DNA of 64,000 nt. Source: a virus. Location of the stretch: IMG/VR virus record IMGVR_UViG_3300037155_000096; one strand, given 5' to 3'. The translations under genes and the position numbers were made by a program. The notes under the pieces were generated by a model. It was not told the DNA's origin. It searched no databases and worked only from the letters and a program-made list of their open reading frames with translations. Of the stretch, positions 52,985-61,896 are shown in pieces (the first letter of the stretch is position 1; every line of letters starts with the position of its first letter).

Positions 52985-53263
52985 TCAGTTATTCTCATTT
53001 TTATTCGTTTTCAAAATCACGTTCACATCCCCCATTAAGCTCTTGCTCTCCTGGTGAAACTCAGCCAGATCATTGACCACATGTTCAAATTGTCTCTCGT
53101 CCAAGCCAAAATATTCGAAGTCGCCCACCCAATCCGAGTTATTCTTGGCATTCACGCTGATTATTAGCCAGCGCTCATGTTTGATTGCAAATACTAATGT
53201 CCTCCACAACCAATATAATTTGTGCGTTCCGGTCTGGAAACCCGTTTTTATCCCAGTGAGCAT
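52985..53263 (-). CDS. hypothetical protein
   Basis: first ORF after the 53285 motif copy. Confidence 0.65.
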   Translation of the reverse strand: MLTGIKTGFQTGTHKLYWLWRTLVFAIKHERWLIISVNAKNNSDWVGDFEYFGLDERQFEHVVNDLAEFHQESKSLMGDVNVILKTNKNENN

Positions 53264-53284
53264 CTTATCCCTGTTATTTTGAGT

Positions 53285-53318
53285 GTTATGAAGTGTAACT
53301 TACAAGAAGTGTGCTAAG
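53285..53318 (-). promoter_or_regulatory. repeated sigma54-like promoter motif
   Basis: CTTAGCACACTTCTTGTAAGTTACACTTCATAAC. Confidence 0.75.
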
Positions 53319-53351
53319 AAATATTTGGTCTTACAAATATGAAAATCAGTG

Positions 53352-53762
53352 CTACGCAGCTGCTTGCATTTTGTTCTTGATTTCTCCAAGAAACGCCAGA
53401 ACCTTCGGGTGCAACCTCGTATTACGTGAACCATAGCGGATACATCTTTCTGCAATCACTTCCGTTATGAAGTCCAGTGGCATTTTCTTGTCCAACTTTA
53501 TGATGGCTTCGGATATATCTTCATAGGCAGTGGTAAAATCATGGTAGCTGGGCGTCATTGGTACACCGCCAGCGAATTCTGCCGAACTGATCGTAAAACA
53601 CTTACGCCCTAATCGGTGAATGGCAGGGTTGTCCTTGGCATTCTTCATTTCTGTTGCGAATATTTTAAGCTGGTTGGCTCTTTTTTGTGCATCCCAAACC
53701 ATCTGGGAGACTTTCGTGATCGTTTGCTCAATCGAGGACTGAAACTCCTTGGACTCCATCAT
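53352..53762 (-). CDS. hypothetical protein
   Basis: single ORF between two motif copies. Confidence 0.7.
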   Translation of the reverse strand: MMESKEFQSSIEQTITKVSQMVWDAQKRANQLKIFATEMKNAKDNPAIHRLGRKCFTISSAEFAGGVPMTPSYHDFTTAYEDISEAIIKLDKKMPLDFITEVIAERCIRYGSRNTRLHPKVLAFLGEIKNKMQAAA

Positions 53763-53787
53763 TATACCTTGAAACTGTTATTTTTGT

Positions 53788-53821
53788 GTTATGAGGTATA
53801 ACGAACAAGTTCCGTGCTAAG
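53788..53821 (-). promoter_or_regulatory. repeated sigma54-like promoter motif
   Basis: CTTAGCACGGAACTTGTTCGTTATACCTCATAAC; begins immediately after the parB stop. Confidence 0.7.
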
Positions 53822-54673
53822 TTATTTTTTAGCTTTCAGAACCCGTAACTTTTCAGTTAACTGTCTAATTAAGTCTTTTTTATCAGTATACTTGAAGGTC
53901 AAACTCAGGACCGTAGACTTGATTGCATGCTTATCCCTGATTTCCCTTGCCATCACCATTGCATCTTCTGCGGGGACGAATTCCTGATAAATTATTTTGT
54001 CGAACAAGGCTTTTTGTTCATCCGGGAAATCCTTAATCAGGTGCAAAGCTTTTGCGTGGCCGATAGACATTGGAGTCTTAGCTTCCTTCTTGAAACTTAC
54101 TATCTCTTTTTGCATTTCTTCAGGCAGATTCAGGATCCTAACATAATTCTTTCTTGTCGATTCTGATATTCCAAGCATTGCCTCCACTTCAGACCAGGGT
54201 GCATTTTCTCCCAGCATGCCCTTGTACTCCAAAAGAGCGTATGCTTTATCCACCACATTCAGATCTTCCCGACATAAATTCTCAATCAACTGCTTAGCAA
54301 AGATGTCCTTGCCATCAGAAGGCTTCAGAATCATGCATGGCAGTTCCGCTATGCCAAGATCTCGTGCCGCCCGATATCTTCTCTCCCCCGTAATCAAAAC
54401 AAACGTACCAGCGTCTTCTGAGCGAACTGTGAGTGGCTGCAATATTCCATGCATCTGTATGGAATTCATCAATTCCTGCATTTTAGCGGGATCAAACTCC
54501 TTTCTGGGCTGGTTTTCGTCCGGATGAACGAGTTCTATTGCGATTATTCGGGCATTAGATAACCTTTTTGACTGACTATACCCGCCATCGGACTGGAATT
54601 TACTGGTCAATTCAATTCCAGGTCTATCGTTCTTTAGGGATTCATTAAGCTGTTTCGTAAAATTTTTCGACAC
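53822..54673 (-). CDS. parB: ParB/Spo0J partition protein
   Basis: PDENQPRKEFD..ELMNSIQMHGILQPLTVR..LITGERRYRAA..ENLCREDL. Confidence 0.95.
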   Translation of the reverse strand: MSKNFTKQLNESLKNDRPGIELTSKFQSDGGYSQSKRLSNARIIAIELVHPDENQPRKEFDPAKMQELMNSIQMHGILQPLTVRSEDAGTFVLITGERRYRAARDLGIAELPCMILKPSDGKDIFAKQLIENLCREDLNVVDKAYALLEYKGMLGENAPWSEVEAMLGISESTRKNYVRILNLPEEMQKEIVSFKKEAKTPMSIGHAKALHLIKDFPDEQKALFDKIIYQEFVPAEDAMVMAREIRDKHAIKSTVLSLTFKYTDKKDLIRQLTEKLRVLKAKK

Positions 54674-55442
54674 GTTCCATCATCTCCTTGAAAAGTGATT
54701 TAATCGTAAGAACTCCATCTTCCTGACTGATGGACTTGTTGGCTATTAACTTATGCGTGGAATTTGCTTCTGCAAAAAGAGGTATATTCCTAACTATGCT
54801 CTTGAAAACCGTGTCTCCGTATAAATTTCTAATCACCTTTACCATGTCCGCTTCATATCTACGTCGTCCCAATAACTTGTTTATTACGATACCAAGTAAA
54901 ACCAAATCCGGGTTACTACGTTTCTTGATAGCATCAACCGTTGCCGTTAACTGATTAGCTCCGCTTGCCGCCCATTCTCCAGCTTCCACCGGAACTACGA
55001 AGAATGAAGCATAGGTTAGAGCCATCCTGGTCGCCCGCAATAAATTCGGAGCGCAATCGAGGATCACATAATCATAATCTCTTTCGACATCCACCAGCGC
55101 CTCCTTCAATCTAAACTGAGCATCATCTGCCATCGCCAGTTTGATATCCACGTCTCCGAATGCCAGATTGCATGGGATAATGTCGATTAACTTCCATTTC
55201 GTCGGCTGGATTATATCTTTCGCTGGTGTATCATTGACAATCAGGTCATTTATGGTAAGCGGTATGGTCTGATATTCCTTATTCAGAAAGAATTTCGACA
55301 TATTGCCCTGCGGATCTGTATCCACAAGCAGTATCCTACTTTTCTTATCCGAAGCTGCCGCTCCAGCTATCTGAATAGTGAGCGTGGTCTTGCCGACTCC
55401 CCCTTTTTGGTTCGCAAATGCAATCCGTACCGGTTCTTTCAT
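54645..55442 (-). CDS. parA: ParA/Soj partition ATPase
   Basis: ANQKGGVGKTT, LLVDTDPQGN, YVILDCAP. Confidence 0.95.
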   Translation of the reverse strand: MKEPVRIAFANQKGGVGKTTLTIQIAGAAASDKKSRILLVDTDPQGNMSKFFLNKEYQTIPLTINDLIVNDTPAKDIIQPTKWKLIDIIPCNLAFGDVDIKLAMADDAQFRLKEALVDVERDYDYVILDCAPNLLRATRMALTYASFFVVPVEAGEWAASGANQLTATVDAIKKRSNPDLVLLGIVINKLLGRRRYEADMVKVIRNLYGDTVFKSIVRNIPLFAEANSTHKLIANKSISQEDGVLTIKSLFKEMMERVEKFYETA

Positions 55443-55444
55443 GC

Positions 55445-56764
55445 CTACTCCTTCTCAGGGGGCACGACGTGCCCCCTCTGTTCAAGAATCTTATTTATGG
55501 TCACCAAAATGGCTCCCCGAATGAAAATCGGGGCATTTTCGTACAATTCCACCGTGAATTCCTTTAAGGGGACACCGTATTTCTTCAATCCGTCCTTATT
55601 GGCATAATCGAATGCCTCTGGATCAGATTTTTCCAGAAGGACAATCGCTTCATCAAATAATTTCTTTTGTCCATCTTTCGTAAGAGCCAGCCATTGTTTC
55701 CTTAATTGCTGGTCCTTCGCCAGTCTTATTTTGTCCCTCCCCTTACCCAACTCCTCCTTTTCGTGACGTTCATTCTTATTCTTCAGGATCTTCATTTGTT
55801 CTTCCCTGAACTTGACATATCCTTTGGGAATTTCATATCCATTTTCAAGAGCCGATATCAGAAAACCGGTTATGTTTTTCTCCGCCTTTGAATATCCGAG
55901 CTTCAAACTTTCAACCCACTGGGCAATTTCTTCTTCATCGAACCGGGTGAGCAATTCCTTAACTCCATCTTCCGTGACTCCCAAATTCTTTAGTTCTACG
56001 GCTAGTCCAGAGGAAAACAAATCAGGGGACTCCGGTGCTGGCAATGACGAGCCTGGTCTTCTTGAAATCTTAAATTTCACAGCGTCGGGCTTTCGGTTCG
56101 GTTTGTATTCAACTTCGATGTTAATCTCAGCATCAGGTATCGAATGGATATCTTCGATGGGCTTGTTTATCAGTTTCTTTTTCAGATCTCGCAGGTCTTG
56201 ATATTCGTGGACTCCGACTCCCATGAGTTTCTTGAATATCGAGATCGGAATCCATGGAGTCTCCCCGTAGGTTCTCTTTACATCATAGTAATCGATGCAG
56301 AGTTCATACATTGCAAGTGAGTATTTTGACATGAAGTTATTTTGCATCCGCAAGTTGATCCTTGCATACATTCTTGGATTATATAACTTCTCTCGCAGTC
56401 CCTTGTAATATCCCCAATAAATCTTGCCTTCCTTAAACGTAGCACCAGCCAAGAAAGTAGTCGTACCCCATTCCGCTACACCATCCTTCCCCAGAATATT
56501 CCATTCGATTTGCGTAGTATTCAAAGCTATGAGTGTGCTTTTCAGATAGTCCCGATTCGAATCTCCATACTCCAACATATCACATAGTTCTATAATGGGC
56601 ATGCTATATTCTTCTTTATTCTGGAGTTCATCATAGGCGTGGGCAAGTAGTACGTTCCAGGCTTTTCGTTGTAGTAAACTTACTACATTATTCACCTGAA
56701 TCGACGCAGAATGCTTAATGACCGACTGCGGTCTAGGCGTATTCGTTGTAATTGTCTTGGTCAA
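55445..56764 (-). CDS. plasmid replication initiator (Rep_3 / RepB family)
   Basis: VIKHSASIQ..SLLQRKAWNVLL..EWNILG..LYNPRMYARINL..SKYSLAMYE..PWIPISIFKKLMG..KKLINKPI. Confidence 0.92.
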   Translation of the reverse strand: MTKTITTNTPRPQSVIKHSASIQVNNVVSLLQRKAWNVLLAHAYDELQNKEEYSMPIIELCDMLEYGDSNRDYLKSTLIALNTTQIEWNILGKDGVAEWGTTTFLAGATFKEGKIYWGYYKGLREKLYNPRMYARINLRMQNNFMSKYSLAMYELCIDYYDVKRTYGETPWIPISIFKKLMGVGVHEYQDLRDLKKKLINKPIEDIHSIPDAEINIEVEYKPNRKPDAVKFKISRRPGSSLPAPESPDLFSSGLAVELKNLGVTEDGVKELLTRFDEEEIAQWVESLKLGYSKAEKNITGFLISALENGYEIPKGYVKFREEQMKILKNKNERHEKEELGKGRDKIRLAKDQQLRKQWLALTKDGQKKLFDEAIVLLEKSDPEAFDYANKDGLKKYGVPLKEFTVELYENAPIFIRGAILVTINKILEQRGHVVPPEKE

Positions 56765-56822
56765 AACGATTGCTCTTGTGTTACGGGAACAAACTTAATA
56801 AAATCATTGGGACAAAAGCAAA

Positions 56823-56838
56823 TATAAACGTCCACATT
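56823..56838. promoter_or_regulatory. single iteron in the rep promoter region (probable autorepression site)
   Basis: TATAAACGTCCACATT, 59 bp upstream of the rep start, next to a minus-strand TTGACA. Confidence 0.7.
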
Positions 56839-56889
56839 TGTCAAGTGTCCGCATTATAACAACATTGCAGTACAATTTTCAGGAATGTT

Positions 56890-57356
56890 ATGAATACTCT
56901 ATACTTTGCTGATTGTTTAGACGTGCTAAAAGATTTGTGCCATCATCACCCAGACCTAAGCTACATAGATCCACCATTTAATTCAAAACGCGATTATAAT
57001 ATCCTTTTCGAGTCCATTGATATCAAGGTTTCGACGGATATTTTACTTTCACCAAATCTGACGAGAAAAGAGGGTTGTCACTGGTAGAGATCAAAAGCGG
57101 GCATGTCAATGTCAAGAACGTCCGGGAATTTATTCAGGTTCTAAAGACCAAGAAGGCTGACCACGGTGTTTTCGTCTGCTTCAAGGACAAAGCCTATCCT
57201 AATCGATACGACAAGGTTCAGATACTAACTGTTGAGGATATTCTGGACGGTATAGGAATTAACCTTCCTTTGGAGCAGGGACTGAAGAAAAGCACGTTCA
57301 AAGCCGCTACTAAGTCTTTAACTCCCATTACGAAGGAAGAATCTTTTTTCGATTAG
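56890..57356 (+). pseudogene. internally deleted DNA methyltransferase / Mrr-type endonuclease fusion gene
   Basis: N-fragment LYFADCLDVL..YIDPPFNSKRDYNILF (MTase motif IV); C-fragment VEIKSGHV..VREF..GVFVCF..QILTVEDIL (Mrr-like); the middle is missing and the frames are broken. Confidence 0.75.
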
Positions 57357-57360
57357 TCGG

Positions 57361-57810
57361 TATAAACGTCCACAATCGACTTAATACTGATATAAACGTC
57401 CACATTCATTTTCGAATGATATAAATGACCACATTGTAAACGTCCCAACTTGGTGCCTCATTCATCCCTTCAGGTAAGTCCAGACACCTATTTTCAGTGT
57501 TTTTAGCCACTTATGGGCATGAATTTGAGGTCAGAAACCGTTATAGACGTCCACAATCAGCCCGGAATATAGACGTCCACATTACATTGATATAAACGAC
57601 CACAGTTCTGATATGAACATCCACAAAACCCATTATAAACAACCCCTTTTCATAATACAAACATCCACAGAAATCGTTATAAACGACCACAATAGTAACC
57701 ATAACGACAAGCCTTATAATGAGTTCCTCGATTACAAAACAATTAAAACTATTAAAATTATAAAACAACGTAGTAGTTTCTTATTCATTATTTATTAATT
57801 TTCAGGAAAC
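57361..57810. repeat. iteron array and AT-rich tract: probable replication origin
   Basis: about 11 copies of TATAAACGTCCACAWT (57361, 57391, 57420, 57436, 57542, 57568, 57591, 57612, 57633, 57656, 57678; some degenerate) then AT-rich 57720-57810. Confidence 0.88.
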
Positions 57811-57938
57811 ATGAACAGAAGGGAAATATTCTGGCGGGGCTTATCAGTTCCCCGCCGAGGCAATTATGTTGATCCGGCAGTTAGGAGGAAAACGGACCAA
57901 CCTTGACGAACACCCACCGTTTATCCGGATATCTTGTT

Positions 57939-58301
57939 TTAGGTGACGATATCAACCCGTTTCTTGCTGTCTTCACTATTAAATCCATCAGGGTACCTGA
58001 GCCTTACCTTATCGGCGTTTGCCTGCATGACTTCATCCAGACTAAGACCTGCTTTCAGGCATAACGCAGTGATATACCATAACACATCACCAAGTTCTTT
58101 CTTGAGTTTCGTAACATCCAGACCATGATTATGGAATATCGCTTTCTTAACCAGATCGGCAACCTCCCCGGCTTCACCAGCCAGTCCGAGTGCATAGAAA
58201 ACAATCATCTGCGAATGATCGCTGATTTCCTTTTCCGGTTTATCGGAACATCGGGACTTCACTACTTCGGTATATTCCAAAGCTGTCATATTAGAGTTCA
58301 T
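57939..58301 (-). CDS. MazG-like nucleotide pyrophosphohydrolase
   Basis: ALGLAGEAGEVADLVKK..KELGDVLWY..N.DKV..RYPDGF. Confidence 0.92.
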   Translation of the reverse strand: MNSNMTALEYTEVVKSRCSDKPEKEISDHSQMIVFYALGLAGEAGEVADLVKKAIFHNHGLDVTKLKKELGDVLWYITALCLKAGLSLDEVMQANADKVRLRYPDGFNSEDSKKRVDIVT

Positions 58302-58789
58302 ATTGATACTCCTTCTAATTTTTTCGCTTGTTCTTTTCTTTTAATTTCCAGCAAGCGGTCAATCTCCGCAGCAATCAGAGCGCCCGCCTTTTCAAGATTC
58401 CTGATTCTATCGGTATCAGAAGCCTTTAACCAACTGATATTCCAATTTATCGGGAACAATCTTTCGGCATCAGTCCTTGACCAGAACCATAATGCGTAAG
58501 AGGCTGCCGCTGCCGCAAGTTCTCCATTATCATGCTGAACATCATGCTCTCTGGTAAAATTCTCGACTATGATTTGTCTGCTTCTTTCTTCCTGGATTAA
58601 CTGAGCGCCCGTTGCCCTCCCTATCCAATGTTCGAGTTCACTTAGTTTCAGCAGTTCACGATGGAGATTATCTTCCTCATCGAACCATGCGCATGTTATT
58701 GCGCCACCCACTGAGAACCCGGCATCGCAAGTCACCCGGCATTTGTGGATCTCCGAGAACAACTCATCACCTATCTTAAAATTTTTCAT
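58298..58789 (-). CDS. fusion: YodC/DUF2158-like N-domain plus conserved phage C-domain
   Basis: FKIGD..ITCAWFDE; IQEERSRQ..HDVQHDNGELAAAA..NLEKAGALIAAEIDRL. Confidence 0.65.
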   Translation of the reverse strand: MKNFKIGDELFSEIHKCRVTCDAGFSVGGAITCAWFDEEDNLHRELLKLSELEHWIGRATGAQLIQEERSRQIIVENFTREHDVQHDNGELAAAAASYALWFWSRTDAERLFPINWNISWLKASDTDRIRNLEKAGALIAAEIDRLLEIKRKEQAKKLEGVSI

Positions 58790-58798
58790 CGTATGTCC

Positions 58799-59191
58799 TT
58801 ATAAAGTTTCGTTACTATTTTGAAATGCCATCATATAATCATTGTATTCGCTTTCAGGTATGTGCGGCAGAAAATCGCCAATGCTAATCTTGAACGAGGG
58901 TTCATACGGAGTGCCTGTAATCAGCGCCATAACTGATGTCAGGAAAATCAGCGTATGATCCATCGGTTGCGCCCACCACTCCATCAGAAAATCACAGAAT
59001 CTGTTTCTTCCATCCATGTGATTATTCTTCAAATTGTAATAACATGGTACGCCCCAGTATCGGGCATAGTTGCTATACTCCTTTACGTTTATTTTCTTTC
59101 GCATATTACCATGCCTCCTTAAAGACAATGTTGCGTGGCTGAATGACTCCATCTCTTTTAATCGGAATGGAATCATAACCGACATGCCCAT
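58799..59191 (-). CDS. hypothetical protein (start probably internal)
   Basis: ORF in run. Confidence 0.55.
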   Translation of the reverse strand: MGMSVMIPFRLKEMESFSHATLSLRRHGNMRKKINVKEYSNYARYWGVPCYYNLKNNHMDGRNRFCDFLMEWWAQPMDHTLIFLTSVMALITGTPYEPSFKISIGDFLPHIPESEYNDYMMAFQNSNETL

Positions 59192-59375
59192 CTTGTCCGC
59201 AGTTAGAACATCTGTAATGATATAACCCCGGACTAGTATACAGTACCGTTCCTGTCAGCTGGAGAGTTTTCTCCTTATCGCATATCGGGCATTTGCTTTG
59301 TTCAAGAAATTGCGTAAACATAACAGGGGAGGGGAGAGGCTGTCCCACCTCCACCTCAATATCTTTTTCTATCAT
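59106..59375 (-). CDS. small zinc-finger protein
   Basis: CPIC..CSNC. Confidence 0.65.
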   Translation of the reverse strand: MIEKDIEVEVGQPLPSPVMFTQFLEQSKCPICDKEKTLQLTGTVLYTSPGLYHYRCSNCGQDGHVGYDSIPIKRDGVIQPRNIVFKEAW

Positions 59376-60616
59376 ACCGGAACCTGATCTACCACCACAT
59401 CCGGAGTAACAAGCACTTCCGCTTCATCCGGGAGTTTTGGTTCTACCGGCGCATATTCTGTTGTAAAACCTAAACGGTTCATAGCGTCCAGAATATGATG
59501 CGAATGTATAAGTTCCATGCAAGGGGACAGACCGCTCAGAATTTTCTTTGACAGCTCACATCCTCCGTTTCCATGAGAGAAACAACTTGCAAATTCACCG
59601 CGAGCAAATTCGCAGTTACTATTGGAATCTATACCAACGGCATTTTTATACGTAGCAATACGTAATGCAGAAGGGAAGGGGCCGTATAATCCGATTAACG
59701 GAGTATCGAGTGCACCTGCTATATGCAGTAGACTGCTATCCGGACCTATCACAAGATCTGCGATACTTAGAAAAGCCGCCATCTGCGTAAGCGTTGGCAT
59801 GGTCTCCGAACCATTGAATATTCTCCCGGCGGCCTGCGGAACATTCTGGATAAGATCGTTAATCATGCCATTCTGATTTTCTGAACCGAAGAACCAGAAT
59901 ACATAATTCTTTGGCAGCGCATTCATGAGGTCGACGTAGACAGGCAACGGGACGCTTCTTTTCGTTACAGATGCCGCTATCTGAATACATACGTGGATAA
60001 TATCCTGGTCAGGCACAAAGTCAACATTCTGCTGATAGAATTCGATTGCTGAAAGTTTCGCAACTTTTGCCCTTTCGAGATCGAAGGTACTGATATTGAC
60101 CGCTGGCTTATAGTCTACCGAGGGATCAAGGTGACATGCTTTAGCAAATAAGTCGTAAGCATTTTCATGCTCAGCCGATGGATTAGATTCGATTAGACTT
60201 TGGAAGTACAGGCAGTAATCAAATTCCTGTACCTTCTCTTCAAGAAGTGGAAACGTACCCATTTCATACGAAGCATCGCATTTCAATAACTTCGCATAAT
60301 AACCGTTGGTTATCAGGGTGATACTGGCATCAGGATATTTCTCTTTTAGTTTTTTCAGGCTTGCCGAAATAAATAACAGATCTCCAATCCCGCCGTTCCG
60401 GAATACTACGAGCTTCTTTCCATTAAGGTCTTCGCCAGCATAAAAATGTGCTGGTTCAAATTCTTCTGCGGACTTTATTTTCGATTCGCCCAGGTCTCTG
60501 ATCATTACGTCCACATACACATCGGCTACGATATAACCGACATCTTTCTTCAATAGCATTTTCTGACCGTACTCATCATTACTCATGATGTCTATTTTCG
60601 ATATTAAACACTTCAT
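59372..60616 (-). CDS. glycosyltransferase family 9 (heptosyltransferase-like)
   Basis: RNGGIGDLL..LKEKYPDASI; ADLVIGPDSSLLHIAGALDTPLIGLYGP. Confidence 0.9.
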   Translation of the reverse strand: MKCLISKIDIMSNDEYGQKMLLKKDVGYIVADVYVDVMIRDLGESKIKSAEEFEPAHFYAGEDLNGKKLVVFRNGGIGDLLFISASLKKLKEKYPDASITLITNGYYAKLLKCDASYEMGTFPLLEEKVQEFDYCLYFQSLIESNPSAEHENAYDLFAKACHLDPSVDYKPAVNISTFDLERAKVAKLSAIEFYQQNVDFVPDQDIIHVCIQIAASVTKRSVPLPVYVDLMNALPKNYVFWFFGSENQNGMINDLIQNVPQAAGRIFNGSETMPTLTQMAAFLSIADLVIGPDSSLLHIAGALDTPLIGLYGPFPSALRIATYKNAVGIDSNSNCEFARGEFASCFSHGNGGCELSKKILSGLSPCMELIHSHHILDAMNRLGFTTEYAPVEPKLPDEAEVLVTPDVVVDQVPV

Positions 60617-60885
60617 GCTGCTTTCTCCACGTTATATTCGTTGATTGAAACTATTCCAGCTAAACTGAAGTTTGTGCTCATGTGAGCATTCAATCCATCG
60701 ACATAACTTGGATCTTTAACAAAGAACTTCGGTAGGAATCCTGTTAGTATCTCCCTTAGATACGCTATTTCTTTCTTCATCTCGTAAACAGTTGCCTGTT
60801 CCTTCAGGAAGCCCATTTTCTTTTCTTCCTTTTTCTTCTGGTTCGGTGCCCAGCCACCTTTTCCGTTCGGCTTCGTCTTTGACAT
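60613..60885 (-). CDS. hypothetical protein
   Basis: ORF coupled to GT9; overlaps the upstream ORF tail by 170 nt. Confidence 0.6.
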   Translation of the reverse strand: MSKTKPNGKGGWAPNQKKKEEKKMGFLKEQATVYEMKKEIAYLREILTGFLPKFFVKDPSYVDGLNAHMSTNFSLAGIVSINEYNVEKAA

Positions 60886-61285
60886 TCGACATACTCCTCA
60901 GATTTTTAGTTATTGGTATCATTTTATTATCACTACTGATCACAGCCCATTTTACTGGTCTGTTTGTCCAGATTACAGCTGGAACAAATTCTCTTTTCTC
61001 ATCGATGCACATGACTAAAACTTCTTCGCCTGATAGCAGGAAGTAATTGCCGTCAAAATCATATATAATCGGTCTGGGCAGGAACTTCTCCAGCTTGAGC
61101 TTCAGCATTTTCTTGTAATGCATATCCTTTCTTCCCTTGACCTGATTAAATGCCGTCAGCGGGATGTCCATATACAACGTGTACTTCCATTCGATAGGGG
61201 AGCCTTTGCCGGATTTCGACAGGACATTATATCTTGCGAGTGCTTCCTCTATGGTCTCCGTCGTTAATCCCTGATAAAATTCCAT
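60716..61285 (-). CDS. possible degenerate ParB/Srx-like domain protein
   Basis: PRPIIYDFDGNYFLLSG..FVPAVI resembles the ParB-N layout but lacks the GxxR motif. Confidence 0.4.
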   Translation of the reverse strand: MEFYQGLTTETIEEALARYNVLSKSGKGSPIEWKYTLYMDIPLTAFNQVKGRKDMHYKKMLKLKLEKFLPRPIIYDFDGNYFLLSGEEVLVMCIDEKREFVPAVIWTNRPVKWAVISSDNKMIPITKNLRSMSNVKDEAERKRWLGTEPEEKGRKENGLPEGTGNCLRDEERNSVSKGDTNRIPTEVLC

Positions 61286-61310
61286 GCTCTTGACATTCCG
61301 TTAAATAATG

Positions 61311-61344
61311 CGTAAAACTTTCATATTTCAAAAACCGTGCTAAG
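61311..61344 (-). promoter_or_regulatory. divergent copy of the repeated motif
   Basis: CTTAGCACGGTTTTTGAAATATGAAAGTTTTACG. Confidence 0.55.
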
Positions 61345-61441
61345 TTTTGTCTCAGATAAGAATGTCGGACTGCTGTTACTCCCTTGATTTTTCAAAACAA
61401 TTTGTCGTACATTTGTGGTACAACATTCTGGAGTATTTACT

Positions 61442-61660
61442 ATGCCCAAGCGTCCGACAACTGACTATGCCGTCTACACTCAACGCCTTGATGTACGACT
61501 TAGACCGTCGACACGGCTTGAATTAGAGGCAGTCGCCCATGCTTCCAAGAAAGCTCTTTCATATATTGCCCGAGACATAATGGAGAAATCCGTTATACGT
61601 CGGTACAAGCGGTTAATCAGAAGACATCCCGAATATGCCATTCAGCCTGAAAATCTCTAA
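61442..61660 (+). CDS. ribbon-helix-helix DNA-binding protein
   Basis: TQRLDVRLRPSTRLELEAVA..ALSYIARDIMEK; ATG at 61442. Confidence 0.7.
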   Translation: MPKRPTTDYAVYTQRLDVRLRPSTRLELEAVAHASKKALSYIARDIMEKSVIRRYKRLIRRHPEYAIQPENL

Positions 61661-61887
61661 GCAGGGGAGTGGTCTATCTGACAGAACTTACGGGGGGGCA
61701 CGTCGTGCCCCTTGCCCTTTTCCAGTTTCTTTTCTTCGTTATCGATGAAAAAACGCTTATTCCAATCCGTGAATGCCATCCTATCTAACCGGACACCCTT
61801 CTTGCATCCTTTTCGTTTCTGAGGTTTTCTGGACTTGTATTTGCCCATCACTCCCGACAGATCTTCATTTGAAAAACATTCTCCCAT
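61657..61887 (-). CDS. small basic hypothetical protein
   Basis: ORF with GGAG RBS. Confidence 0.55.
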   Translation of the reverse strand: MGECFSNEDLSGVMGKYKSRKPQKRKGCKKGVRLDRMAFTDWNKRFFIDNEEKKLEKGKGHDVPPRKFCQIDHSPA

Positions 61888-61896
61888 GAAAACTCC

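Noticed and set aside
56819-56826. TATATTTG as a Bacteroidota-type -7 promoter implying the host phylum
   Set aside because: It is a single short match in AT-rich DNA, and most genes use Shine-Dalgarno sequences; the host cannot be assigned from this window.
57828-57851. GGCGGGG/CCCCGCC hairpin as a terminator
   Set aside because: There is no U-tract on either strand; it could be a Rho-dependent pause or origin-related element but is unsupported.
1981-61344. Repeated motif as a CRISPR repeat or mobile-element end
   Set aside because: The copies are kilobases apart with whole genes between them, are not palindromic, and have no cas or transposase genes nearby.
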